Of a stretch of 64,000 nucleotides of DNA, positions 28,478 to 38,666 are shown piece after piece. The position numbers and the translations under genes were made by a program. The DNA is from an uncultured Gemmatimonadales bacterium. Lineage in GTDB: Bacteria > Gemmatimonadota > Gemmatimonadetes > Longimicrobiales > RSA9. Position 1 is the first letter of the stretch. Each line of letters opens with the position of its first letter. The notes under the pieces were generated by a model. That model was not told the DNA's origin. It saw only the letters and a list, made by a program, of their open reading frames with translations, and did no database searches. Where the stretch lies: the NCBI GenBank assembly GCA_963708135.1, contig OY970192.1, positions 832,001 to 896,000 on the forward strand, given 5' to 3'.

Positions 28478-31156
28478 ATGACGGCCTCCGAGATCCGCCA
28501 GCGATTCCTGGACTATTTCGAGCGCCAGGGGCACGCCATCCGGCCGAGCTCCAGCCTGGTGCCGCAGGACGATCCGACGCTGCTGTTCACGAACGCCGGG
28601 ATGGTCCAGTTCAAGCGCGTCTTCCTCGGCGAGGAGAAGCTCGGCTTCTCGCGCGCGACGACCTCGCAGAAGTGCCTGCGCGTGTCCGGCAAGCACAACG
28701 ACCTCGAGGAGGTCGGCGTCACGGCCCGGCACCACACGTTCTTCGAGATGCTCGGCAACTTCTCCTTCGGCGACTACTTCAAGCGCGACGCGGTCCGCTT
28801 CGCCTGGGAGCTGCTGACGGAGGAGTACGGGCTGCCGAAGGAGCGGCTGTGGGCCACCGTCCACTACTCGGACGACGAGGCCGCCGCGCTGTGGGAGGAG
28901 ATCGCCGGGTTGCCGCCCGAGCGGATCTTCCGCCTGGGCGACAAGGACAACTTCTGGCAGATGGGCGAGACGGGCCCCTGCGGCCCCTGCTCCGAGATCC
29001 ACTACGACCTGCGCCCGGAGCCGGAGCGCGGCACGGACCTGCCCGTCGAGGAGTTCGAGGAGCGCGGCGCGCGCGGCGAGTTCCTGGAGCTGTGGAACCT
29101 CGTCTTCATGCAGTTCGATCGCTCCGCGGACGGCGAGCTGATGCCGCTGCCCGCGCCATCGATCGACACCGGCGCCGGCCTCGAGCGCCTGGCCAGCGTG
29201 CTCCAGGGCGTGGACTCGAACTATCGGACCGACCTCTTCACGCCGCTGATCGAGCGGGCGGCCGAGGTCACCGGCGTCGCCTACGACCACGGGCCGAAGG
29301 GCGTCAGTCATCGGGTGCTGGCCGACCACGCGCGCGCCGTCGCCTTCCTGCTGGCCGATGGTGTCTTGCCGAGCAACGAGGGGCGCGGCTACGTGCTCCG
29401 CCGCGTGCTGCGCCGCGCCGTGCGTCACGCCTGGCTGCTCGGCCGGCGCGAGCCCACGCTGGTGCACGTGGTGGATGCGGTGATCGACGGGATGAGCGCC
29501 GCGTTCCCGGAGCTCGGACAGCGTCGCGAGCACCTGCTGCGCGCCACGCGCACCGAGGAGGAGCGCTTCCTCGCCACGATCGTGGGCGGCATGGAGCGCT
29601 TCGATGCCGTGGCGCCGGAGCTGGAGGACGCCACGCGCGGCGCGGTGGATGCCGGCACGCTGCCTCGCCCCGTCGTCGCCGGGGAGGACGTGTTCCGGCT
29701 CTACGACACGTTCGGCTTCCCGCTCGACCTGACGGAGCTGATCGCGCGCGAGCGCGGCTACGCCATCGACCAGGAGGGCTTCGAGGCCGCGCTCGAGGAG
29801 CAGCGCGAGCGCTCCCGCCGGGACCGCGCCGCGGCCGGCATCGAGGTCGGCGCGGACGAGCTGGCGCAGGGTTGGGAGGAGCTCGACCCGGAGGCGGAGC
29901 AGGAGTTCGTGGCCTATCAGGCGACGGAGCTGGACACGGACGTCGTCGCCTACCGCAGGGAGGACGGCCGCCTCGCCCTGCAGCTGCGGGAGAACCCGTT
30001 CTACGCGGAGTCCGGCGGCCAGATCAGCGACCGTGGGCGCGTCGAGGGCGAGGGCTGGACGCTCGAGGTCGACGGCGTGCGCAAGGTGCTCGGCCGCATC
30101 GCCGTGCTCGGCAACGTCGAAGGCGGCTTCCCCGAGCCGGACGCGCCGCTGCGTGTGCACGCCGTCGTGGAGGGTCCCCCTCGGCACGACACGGAGCGCA
30201 ATCACACGGCCACGCACCTGCTGCACGCGGCGCTCCGGAAGGTGCTCGGCACGCACGTGCTGCAGCGCGGCTCGCTGGTGGCGCCCGACCGGCTGCGCTT
30301 CGACTTCTCGCACTCGCGGCCCATGACGCCCGAGCAGGTCCGCCGCGTCGAGGACGAGGTGAACCGCGCCATCCTGGCCGACGAGGACGTGCGCCAGGAC
30401 TGGCTCGGCTACCAGGAGGCCGTCGGGAAGGGCGCCATGGCGCTCTTCGGCGAGAAATACGGCGACGTGGTGCGCATGATCTCGATCCCCGGCGTGAGCA
30501 TGGAGCTGTGCGGCGGGACGCACGTGCGCCACACCGGCGAGATCGGGCTGTTCCGCATCGTGCAGGAGACGGGCGTGGCGTCGGGCGTGCGCCGCATCGA
30601 GGCGGTCACGGGCACCGTCGCCTACGAGCGGGCGGTCGCGCAGGAGGACGCGCTGGCCGCCGCGGCCGCCACGCTGAAGACGACGCCGGAGCAGCTGCAG
30701 CACCGGCTCGAGCAGCTCCTCGAGCAGAACCGCGAGCTCCAGCGCCAGCTCGAGCGGGCGCGCACGCAGGGCAGCGCCGACGTCGTGGGCGAGCTGCTGG
30801 AGAGCGCCGCGCAGGTGGATGGCGCCCGGCTCGTGGCCCGCGAGGTCGAGGTGGCATCGCCGGACGAGCTCCGCCTGATCGGCGACCGCCTGCGCGAGCG
30901 GCTGGGCAGCGGCGCCGCCGTGCTGGCCGCGCGCGGCGAGGAGAAGGCGTCGCTGATCGCCGTGGTCACCGACGACCTCATCTCGCGCGGCGTCCGCGCC
31001 GACCGGCTGGTCCGCGAGGTCGCCGCCCGTACCGGCGGCTCGGGCGGCGGCCGGCCGCACATGGCGCAGGCCGGCGTGGGCGACCCGGACCGCATCCCCG
31101 ATGCGCTGAGCGCCGCGGGCGAGATCGTGCGCGCCCTGCTCGGGGGCCGCGCGTGA
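28478..31156 (+). CDS. alaS: Alanine--tRNA ligase
   Basis: LLFTNAGM, HHTFFEMLGNFSFGDYFK, NHTATHLL, ELCGGTH, GGGRP. Confidence 0.98.
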   Translation: MTASEIRQRFLDYFERQGHAIRPSSSLVPQDDPTLLFTNAGMVQFKRVFLGEEKLGFSRATTSQKCLRVSGKHNDLEEVGVTARHHTFFEMLGNFSFGDYFKRDAVRFAWELLTEEYGLPKERLWATVHYSDDEAAALWEEIAGLPPERIFRLGDKDNFWQMGETGPCGPCSEIHYDLRPEPERGTDLPVEEFEERGARGEFLELWNLVFMQFDRSADGELMPLPAPSIDTGAGLERLASVLQGVDSNYRTDLFTPLIERAAEVTGVAYDHGPKGVSHRVLADHARAVAFLLADGVLPSNEGRGYVLRRVLRRAVRHAWLLGRREPTLVHVVDAVIDGMSAAFPELGQRREHLLRATRTEEERFLATIVGGMERFDAVAPELEDATRGAVDAGTLPRPVVAGEDVFRLYDTFGFPLDLTELIARERGYAIDQEGFEAALEEQRERSRRDRAAAGIEVGADELAQGWEELDPEAEQEFVAYQATELDTDVVAYRREDGRLALQLRENPFYAESGGQISDRGRVEGEGWTLEVDGVRKVLGRIAVLGNVEGGFPEPDAPLRVHAVVEGPPRHDTERNHTATHLLHAALRKVLGTHVLQRGSLVAPDRLRFDFSHSRPMTPEQVRRVEDEVNRAILADEDVRQDWLGYQEAVGKGAMALFGEKYGDVVRMISIPGVSMELCGGTHVRHTGEIGLFRIVQETGVASGVRRIEAVTGTVAYERAVAQEDALAAAAATLKTTPEQLQHRLEQLLEQNRELQRQLERARTQGSADVVGELLESAAQVDGARLVAREVEVASPDELRLIGDRLRERLGSGAAVLAARGEEKASLIAVVTDDLISRGVRADRLVREVAARTGGSGGGRPHMAQAGVGDPDRIPDALSAAGEIVRALLGGRA

Positions 31157-31494
31157 GCGACACGGCGGCCGCGCTGGCCTGGCTGGAGCGCCGCCTCCCC
31201 GAGGCGCCGGAGGCGCTGCGCCTGCGCATGGCCGAGGCCGTCGGCTCCCTCGAAGGCGACGCTGCCACGGGCGCCATCCCCGTGCTCCTCGCCCGCGCTG
31301 CCGAGGAGTGTCTCCGGGCCACGCTCGCCGATCCCTCGGAGCGCCCCGCCGCGCTCCACCTGCTCGCCGCCGACGCGCTCCTCACCCACGCCTGCCAGGC
31401 CGCCGCCGAGCAGGGCCTCGGCGCCCTCGAGGCGCTGACGGAAGCCTACGCCCCCGCCCACTTCGCGGCCCTCGCCGAGGAGCGGCTCGGATGA
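31153..31494 (+). CDS. Hypothetical protein
   Basis: GTGA overlap with alaS, host-like codon use. Confidence 0.6.
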   Translation: MSDTAAALAWLERRLPEAPEALRLRMAEAVGSLEGDAATGAIPVLLARAAEECLRATLADPSERPAALHLLAADALLTHACQAAAEQGLGALEALTEAYAPAHFAALAEERLG

Positions 31495-31642
31495 TCCGCC
31501 ACGCCCGTACGAGGGTCAACAGCGCAGGCGGGGGGCACTCCCGGAGCGACCCTGCCTTTGCGCAGCGAGCGCAGCGAGCGGAGGCGGTCGCGATGGGAGA
31601 GCCCCTCGCCGGAGCGCGGCGCGCGAACACGCTGGAGGTCGC

Positions 31643-32239
31643 GTGAAGAGCGAGCTCGTCGACGAGGTCGTCCACCACCTGGCGGGCCTGCGCGATCTGG
31701 CCGACCGCGTCGCCCGCGACATGGCCGGCGAGATCGCCGAGGTCGTCGAGCTCACGCTCCACGCGCTCACGTCCGGCCGCACCCTGTTCTTCTGCGGCAA
31801 CGGCGGCTCCGCGGCCGATGCGCAGCACCTCGCCACCGAGTACATCGTGCGGTTCCGCCGCAGCAGGCGGCCGCTGCCGGCCATCGCGCTCACCACCGAC
31901 AGCTCGCTGCTGACCGCGTGCGCCAACGACTACGGCTTCGAGCACGTGTTCTCGCGCCAGATCGAGGCCCTGGGGACGGAAGGCGACGTCCTCTTCCTGC
32001 ACTCCACGTCCGGCGCCTCCGCCAACCTGCTCGAGGCCGCCCGCGCCGCGCGCCGGCAGCACGTCCGCACCGTGGCGCTGCTCGCCCGCGGCGGCGGCTC
32101 GCTGAAGGACGTGGTCGACCACGCCCTGGTCCTGCCCACGGACGATGGCGCCCATGCCCAGGAGCTCCACCTCGCCATCGGCCACGCCATCTGCGCCGCC
32201 GTCGAGGCCCGGGCCCACAACGCGCTCGGCGAAATCTGA
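31643..32239 (+). CDS. gmhA: D-sedoheptulose-7-phosphate isomerase
   Basis: CGNGGSAADAQH, ANDYGF..VFSRQ, STSG.S.N, QE.H. Confidence 0.9.
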   Translation: MKSELVDEVVHHLAGLRDLADRVARDMAGEIAEVVELTLHALTSGRTLFFCGNGGSAADAQHLATEYIVRFRRSRRPLPAIALTTDSSLLTACANDYGFEHVFSRQIEALGTEGDVLFLHSTSGASANLLEAARAARRQHVRTVALLARGGGSLKDVVDHALVLPTDDGAHAQELHLAIGHAICAAVEARAHNALGEI

Positions 32240-32323
32240 GCTCGTGATACGCGAGGGCCGATCCCGCCGCCTGAAACCCGGATCCTGAATCCGACGCCCT
32301 GATCCCTCATCCCTGGTCCCCAG

Positions 32324-33085
32324 ATGCTTCCAATCGACCTCTCCGGCAAATCCGCCGTCGTGACCGGCGGCTCGCGCGGCGTCGGCCGCGCCATCGCGCT
32401 GCTGCTCGGGCGCGCCGGCGCCGACGTCGCCCTCTCGTACCAGAGCCGCGAGGAGGCGGCTCTCGCCGTTGTCGCCGACCTCGAGCGCAGCGGCGTCCGC
32501 GCGCTGGCCGTGGGCGGCGACCTGGCGGACCCCGCCACGTCCAACCGCCTCTTCCAGCGTGCCGAGGAGACGTTCGGCGGCGTGGACATCTTCGTGGCGA
32601 ACGCCGGCATCTGGCCGGTGGAGGACGTCGCCATCGCGGACATGTCCGGCGAGCGCTGGCGCCGCACGCTTGCGGTCAACCTGGATGCGGTCTTCTACTC
32701 GACCCGCCTGGCCGCCCGGGTGCTGCGCGAGCACGGGCGCATCGTGTTGATCGGCTCGACGGCGGGGCAGCGAGGCGAGGCCTACCACGCGGACTACGCG
32801 GTCACGAAGGGCGCCATCATCTCGCTGGTGAAGGGTGTGTGCGTCGAGCTCGCCGCGCGCGACATCACCGTCAACTGCGTGGCTCCCGGCTGGATCGACA
32901 CGGAGATGTGCGACATCCCGTACGCCGCCGGCGGCCGCGAGCGCATCGCCGCCTCGATCCCGCTCGGCCGCGTCGCCTCGCCCGAGGACATCGCGGGGCC
33001 GGTGCTCTTCCTCTGCTCGCCGCTGGCCCGCCACGTCACGGGCGAGGTGCTGAACGTGAACGGCGGCGCGGTTCTCTGTGGCTGA
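32324..33085 (+). CDS. SDR family oxidoreductase
   Basis: TGGSRGVG, NAG, YAVTK. Confidence 0.9.
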   Translation: MLPIDLSGKSAVVTGGSRGVGRAIALLLGRAGADVALSYQSREEAALAVVADLERSGVRALAVGGDLADPATSNRLFQRAEETFGGVDIFVANAGIWPVEDVAIADMSGERWRRTLAVNLDAVFYSTRLAARVLREHGRIVLIGSTAGQRGEAYHADYAVTKGAIISLVKGVCVELAARDITVNCVAPGWIDTEMCDIPYAAGGRERIAASIPLGRVASPEDIAGPVLFLCSPLARHVTGEVLNVNGGAVLCG

Positions 33086-33899
33086 GGCGACGCGCGAGGC
33101 CGGCCCGCTTCGCGCCTGGCTGGTGGACTGGCTGCGACGCACGGGCGAGGAGGCCGGCAGCCGCGGGTTCGTCTTCGGCCTGTCGGGCGGCATCGACTCG
33201 GCCGTGGTCTGCGCGCTGGCGGCCGAGGCGGCCGGGCCGGAGGCGTGCCTTGGGCTCGTCATGCCCATCGAGTCCTCGCCCGAGGACGCGCGCGACGCCT
33301 GCGCCACCGCCGAGCGCTTCGGCGTGCACGCGCTCACGCTGGACCTCACGGAGCCCTTCGAGATGATGCTCGGGCGGCTGGGAGACTTCCGCGAGCGCGC
33401 CGAGCGGCTGAGCGGCGTTCCGCCCGCCGGCCCGGCGACCGCGGGCTCGCCCGCGGGAATCACCTCAGCCGATGCGCTCGCGCGCGCCAACCTCAAGCCG
33501 CGCATGCGGATGTCCGCCCTCTACTACTACGCGAACCTGCTCGGCTACATGGTGCTCGGCACCGGCAACCGGGACGAGTTCACCGTCGGCTACTACACCA
33601 AGTTCGGCGACGGCGCCGCCGACGCCTTCCCGCTCGGCGACCTCGTGAAGGCGGAGATCCGCGCGCTCGGCCGCCTGCTCGGCGTGCCGGCGGCGGTCCT
33701 CGAGCGGCCGCCGTCGGCGGGGCTCTGGGCCGGACAGACGGATGAGGAGGAGCTCGGCTTCTCCTACGACCAGCTCGACCGCTTCCTCCTGGCCGGCAGC
33801 GCCGGCGACGCGGAGCTCGACGCCGCCATCGAGAGCCGTCGCGCGGCCGCCGCGCACAAGGCCGCGCGGCCGCCCGTCGCCCGCCCGCCCCGCCCCTGA
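33078..33899 (+). CDS. nadE: NH3-dependent NAD+ synthetase
   Basis: GLSGGIDSAV, NLKPR.RM, GYYTKFGDG, PSAGLW.GQTDE. Confidence 0.93.
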   Translation: MAEATREAGPLRAWLVDWLRRTGEEAGSRGFVFGLSGGIDSAVVCALAAEAAGPEACLGLVMPIESSPEDARDACATAERFGVHALTLDLTEPFEMMLGRLGDFRERAERLSGVPPAGPATAGSPAGITSADALARANLKPRMRMSALYYYANLLGYMVLGTGNRDEFTVGYYTKFGDGAADAFPLGDLVKAEIRALGRLLGVPAAVLERPPSAGLWAGQTDEEELGFSYDQLDRFLLAGSAGDAELDAAIESRRAAAAHKAARPPVARPPRP

Positions 33900-33907
33900 C
33901 CGGCGCC

Positions 33908-35325
33908 ATGGACCTGCACCCCCCGCCGGCGGTGCTCGAGATCGCGGCCCGCCTCGAGCAGGCCGGCTTCGACACCTGGGCCGTCGGCGGCGCCGTCCGC
34001 GACGCCGTGCTCGGCCTGCCCGCCGTGGACTGGGACCTCGCCACGGCCGCCCGCCCGAAGCAGGTGCGCCGCCTCTTCCGCCGCACCGTCCCCGTCGGCA
34101 TAGAGCACGGCACCGTCGGCGTCCTCGGCGAGGACGACGTGCTCTACGAGGTCACCACCTTCCGCCGCGACGTGGAGACCTCCGGCCGCCACGCCGTGGT
34201 CGAGTTCGCGGACACGCTCGAGGAGGACCTCGCCCGCCGCGACTTCACCTTCAACGCCCTGGCCTGGAAGCCCGCCACCCGGGAGCTGCGCGATCCGTAC
34301 GCCGGCCTGGCCGATCTGGACGCCGGCCGGCTGCGCACGGTCGGGGCGGCGGCCGACCGCTTCGCGGAGGACTACCTGCGGATCCTGCGCGCGCTCCGCT
34401 TCGCCGGGCAGTTCCGGCTGGAGATCGAGCCCGCCGTCTGGAGCGCGCTCACCGCGGCCGCGCCGCACCTGGCCGAGCTTTCCGCCGAGCGCGTCCACGA
34501 GGAGCTGCGAAAGATCCTGACCAAGACCCGCCGGGCCTCCGTCTCCCTCGACCTCTACCGCCGCGCCGGCGTGCTGGACGTCGTCTTCCCGGAGCTCGCG
34601 GCCGTCGCCGCGCTGGGGGGGATGGGGCACCGGTTGCCGGCGCGGAAGCGGGCGCCGCCGCCGGGAGGGCCGCGGAAGGGGCCGTGGGGTCCGAGGGCGC
34701 CGCCGTTGCGACGGGGCCCTGGGCCATCTCCATCCACGCCGTCGACCACCTGCCCGTCACCCGCCCCCGGGTCCGCCTCGCCGCGCTGCTTCACGCCATC
34801 GGGATGCCCTCGGTCCGGATGCGCGACCTGCGCGGCGGCTGGCGCTACACCGGGCACGAGGCGGTCGGCGCGCGCAAGGCGGAGGAGCTGCTGCGTCGCC
34901 TGCGGGCGTCGAACGCGGAGATCGAGCGCGTGCGCCGGCTCGTCGCCCACCAGGCGGACCTGTTCCCGCCCGACGCCAGGGGGCCCGCCGTGCGCCGCTG
35001 GCTGCGGCGCGTGGGGCCCGACCTGTTCGCGGACTTCTGGCGCCTGCGCTTCGCGCTCTGGCGTGCCGATCCCACCTTCGGCGACGCCTCGCCCGACGAC
35101 CTGCTGGAGCGCGTCCGCACCGCCCGCTTCATCCTTCACCAGCACCCGCCCATCGAGGTGGCGGACCTCGCGATCGGCGGCGCCGAGCTGCGCGCCCTCG
35201 GCCTGCCGCCCGGCCCCGAGTACGGGCGCATCCTGCGGGCGCTGCTCGAGCGCGTGCTGGACGATCCAGAGGCGAATACGAGAGAGACGCTGCTGGAGCT
35301 GGCCCGGGAGCTGGCGCCCGCGTGA
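33908..35325 (+). CDS. cca: CCA tRNA nucleotidyltransferase, split by an apparent frameshift at G7 run 34615-34621
   Basis: VGGAVRD, DLAT, RRDFTFNA, EDYLRILRALRF, ERV.EEL in one frame; RLAALLH...LAIGG.EL..LG.PPGP.YG in another. Confidence 0.8.
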
Positions 35326-35370
35326 GCCGTGGTACGGCATTGCCCGCCAGTGCCGCTCCCCACCACCGCA

Positions 35371-35869
35371 TGCATATCGCGGTCAACTCCCCACCTGTGG
35401 CCGCCGACCCAGAACGCGTGGGGAGTTGACGGTGCATATCGCGGTCAACTCCCCACCCGTGGCCGCGGACCAGGACGCATGGGGAGTTGACGGTGCATAT
35501 CGCGGTCAACCCCCCACCCGTGGCCGCCGTGAAGGACGCGTGGGGAGTTGACGGTGCATAGCGCGGTCAAGGCCCCACCCGTGGCCGCGGACCAGGACGC
35601 GTGGGGAGTTGACGGTGCATATCGCGGTCAACCCCCCACCCGTGGCCGCCGACCAGGACGCGTGGGGAGTTGACGGTGCATAGCGCGGTCAAGGCCCCAC
35701 CGGTGGCCGCCGACCAGGACGCGTGGGGAGTTGACGGTGCATAGCGCGGTCAAGGCGCCACCCGTGGCCGCCGACCAGGACGCGTGGGGAGTTGACGGTG
35801 CATAGCGCGGTCAAGGCCCCACCCGTGGCCCCCGCGCAGGACGCGTGGGGAGTTCACGGTGCATGGCGC
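35371..35869. repeat. Tandem array of eight ~61-bp palindromic units
   Basis: Unit starts 35371, 35433, 35494, 35555, 35616, 35677, 35738, 35799; GTCAACTCCCCAC/GTGGGGAGTTGAC inverted arms. Confidence 0.9.
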
Positions 35870-36386
35870 TGGCGGTCGAGCCGAGGGTCGGCGCTGGAGG
35901 TGCGCAGGGCGGGCGCCGGGCCGCGCCGGCACGCCGGTGGACGAGGAACCCCCGCGCGCGTAGGGGCACGCGCGCCGTCGGCCTGCACGCCCACGGCGCG
36001 CTGGAGGAACCCCCGCGCGCGTAGGGGCACGGCGGTCGCCAAGGCGGTCGAGAGCGTGCTGCTGGCGGAACCGCCGCGCGCGCAGGGTCACGGGACCCGG
36101 CACCCGCCGCCGGCGAGCGCGGAACCGCCGCGTGCCCGCCCCGGCAAGGCACCCGCTGGCGCCGGCGGTGAACGCGGACCCCGCCGGTGAACGCGGACCC
36201 CGCCGTGAACGCGGAACCCGCCGGCGAACGCGGAACCGCCGCGCGCCCAGCCAGGCCAGGCCCGCGCGGCCCCGGGAATCGGCGCCCGGTCTCCCACTCT
36301 CCCACTCTCCCACTCTGTGGCGCCGCCGCCAGCCCCGCCGCCAGCCCCGCCGCCCCCCCGCCGCACTCCACGCCGCCACGCGGGTA

Positions 36387-36734
36387 CTACGAGCGCGAGA
36401 TGTCCACCGGCGTCGTCTCGCCGGTGCGCAGCAGGACGTCCTTCCGGATCTGGGCCGACTCGCCCTGCGGCTGGGCGATCACGGAGATCTGCGTGCCGGC
36501 GGCGTCCACGACCACGAACTCCTGGGTCTCCCCCGGGGCGACGGTGCCCAGCGCGCGCACGATGCCGTTCGCCGTCATGTACGAGAGGTCGACCTGGGTC
36601 GACAGCGTGTTGTGGACGGAGATCCGGTAGGCGGACGGCGAGGCGGACTCCACGGCCACGCCGCGGGCGCACGCGGGCGCCAGGATGAGCAGCAGGAAGA
36701 GGGGCAGCAGTCGGGCCGGTCGCGTGTCGCGCAT
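36387..36734 (-). CDS. Hypothetical lipoprotein
   Basis: Signal peptide ending LAPAC; small beta-rich domain. Confidence 0.65.
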   Translation of the reverse strand: MRDTRPARLLPLFLLLILAPACARGVAVESASPSAYRISVHNTLSTQVDLSYMTANGIVRALGTVAPGETQEFVVVDAAGTQISVIAQPQGESAQIRKDVLLRTGETTPVDISRS

Positions 36735-36762
36735 GACGGCTCCTTCGTGAATGGAAAGGGAC

Positions 36763-38160
36763 GTGGCCAGGAAATCCAGCGTACGAACGGACGAGCCCTC
36801 GCTCTTCGCCGCCGGCCGGCGCACGCAGCCGCTGGCGGCGCGTATGCGCCCTTCCACGCTCGGCGACTTCGTCGGCCAGCGCCACCTGCTGGGCGAGGGC
36901 AAGGCGCTGCGCACGGCCATCGAGGGCGGCGAGATCGGCTCCATGATCCTGTGGGGACCGCCCGGCACGGGCAAGACCACGCTCGGCCACGTCATTGCCC
37001 GCTCGACCGACCGCGCCTTCGTCCCCTTCAGCGCCGTCAGCGAGGGCGTACCGCGCATCCGCGAGATCGCCGCGCAGGCGCAGAACCGGCTGGACGCCGG
37101 CGGCGCACGCACCATCCTCTTCATCGACGAGATCCACCGCCTGAACAAGGCGCAGCAGGACAGCCTGCTGCCGTACGTCGAGCAGGGCACCTTCACGCTC
37201 ATCGGGGCCACCACCGAGGCGCCCAGCTTCGAGATCAACGGCGCGCTGCTCTCCCGCTCGCGCGTGTTCGTGCTCGAGCCTCTCGCGGCGGCCGACATCC
37301 GGCAGATCCTGGACCGGGCGCTGGCCGACGGCGAGGAGGGGCTCGGCGGCATGGAGCTGGACGTGGAGGAGGACGCCCTCGAGGCGCTCGCGGAGCTGGC
37401 CGATGGCGATGCGCGCCGCGCGCTGACCACGCTCGAGGCGGCCGCCGCCTTCGTCGGCGCGGGCGGGCGCGTCACCATGAACACCATCCGCGAGGCCATG
37501 CAGAAGCGCGTTGCCCGCTACGACAAGGCGGGCGAGGAGCACTACAACATCCTGTCCGCGTACCACAAGTCGCTGCGCGGCAGCGACGTCCAGGCCGCGC
37601 TCTACTGGATGGCCCGGATGATCGACGCCGGCGAGGACCCGATGACGCTGTTCCGCCGGGCCATCGCAATGGCCGCGGAGGACATCGGGCTGGCCGATCC
37701 GAACGCCCTCCAGCTGGCCGTGGCCGCCCGCGACGCGTTCCATATGCTGGGCGAGCCCGAGGGCTACCTGCCGCTGGCCGAGATGACCATCTACCTGGCG
37801 ACGGCGCCCAAGTCCAACGCCTCCGCGCGCGGCCTCTGGTCCTCGCTCGCCGCCGCGAAGGAGAGCCCGACCGCGCCCGTGCCGCTGGGCGTGCGCAACG
37901 CCCCCACGAAGCTGCACAGGGAGCTCGGGTATCACGAGGGGTACCGCTACGCCCACGACGCGCCCGAGGCGTACACCCCGCAGGAGTACCTGCCGGAGGC
38001 GCTGCGGGACGCCACGTTCTACGAGCCCGGCCCGTTCGGCTTCGAGCGCGAGGTCGCCAAACGGATCGAGTGGTGGAACAAGCTGAAGCGCGCGGCCGGT
38101 ACTGAGCACGGAACTGGCAACGATCGACCGGACGCGACTGCCCAGGAGGCCGAACCATGA
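36763..38160 (+). CDS. rarA: Replication-associated recombination protein A
   Basis: PLAARMRP, WGPPGTGKTT, DEIHR.NKAQQD, KSLRGSD, EDIGLADP. Confidence 0.93.
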   Translation: MARKSSVRTDEPSLFAAGRRTQPLAARMRPSTLGDFVGQRHLLGEGKALRTAIEGGEIGSMILWGPPGTGKTTLGHVIARSTDRAFVPFSAVSEGVPRIREIAAQAQNRLDAGGARTILFIDEIHRLNKAQQDSLLPYVEQGTFTLIGATTEAPSFEINGALLSRSRVFVLEPLAAADIRQILDRALADGEEGLGGMELDVEEDALEALAELADGDARRALTTLEAAAAFVGAGGRVTMNTIREAMQKRVARYDKAGEEHYNILSAYHKSLRGSDVQAALYWMARMIDAGEDPMTLFRRAIAMAAEDIGLADPNALQLAVAARDAFHMLGEPEGYLPLAEMTIYLATAPKSNASARGLWSSLAAAKESPTAPVPLGVRNAPTKLHRELGYHEGYRYAHDAPEAYTPQEYLPEALRDATFYEPGPFGFEREVAKRIEWWNKLKRAAGTEHGTGNDRPDATAQEAEP

Positions 38161-38645
38161 TGACCCGAAAGCGATTCCTCAGGGCCGGCGCCGCCGCCGC
38201 GCTCGTCCTGGCCGCGGCCGCGGCCTGCTCCCACGCCTTCCGCCAGCCTACGGTGGAGCTGACGGGCGTGAAGCTGGGCGGCATCGGCATCCAGGGCGGG
38301 CTGCTCTACGCCGACCTGAGGGTGGACAACCCGAACGGCTACGACCTGAAGGCCAACGGCCTGAGCTACGACCTCCAGCTGCGCGACCCCGACGACCCGC
38401 AGGGCTGGGTGCCGGTGTCCAGGGGTACCTACGACGAGGAGGTCAAGGTGCCCGCGCGCGGCCAGGCGCTGGTCGAGATCCCGGTCGAGTTCAGCTACGC
38501 CGGCGCCAACGCGGCCGTGCGCTCCGTGCTCAGCCGCGGTACGTTCACCTACAAGGTCAGCGGCACGGTGGGCGTGAAGGAGCCGATCGAGACCACGGTG
38601 CCGTATCACCACCAGGGCGTAATCACCATGCAGGGCGCCCAGTAG
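38157..38645 (+). CDS. LEA type 2 (WHy) lipoprotein
   Basis: AAAC lipobox, LRVDNPN.YDL. Confidence 0.8.
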   Translation: MMTRKRFLRAGAAAALVLAAAAACSHAFRQPTVELTGVKLGGIGIQGGLLYADLRVDNPNGYDLKANGLSYDLQLRDPDDPQGWVPVSRGTYDEEVKVPARGQALVEIPVEFSYAGANAAVRSVLSRGTFTYKVSGTVGVKEPIETTVPYHHQGVITMQGAQ

Positions 38646-38666
38646 ACCCGTTTCCGGGAGCCGGCC

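Noticed and set aside
35371..35869. CRISPR array
   Set aside because: Would-be spacers are near-identical and no cas genes are present; it is a tandem repeat.
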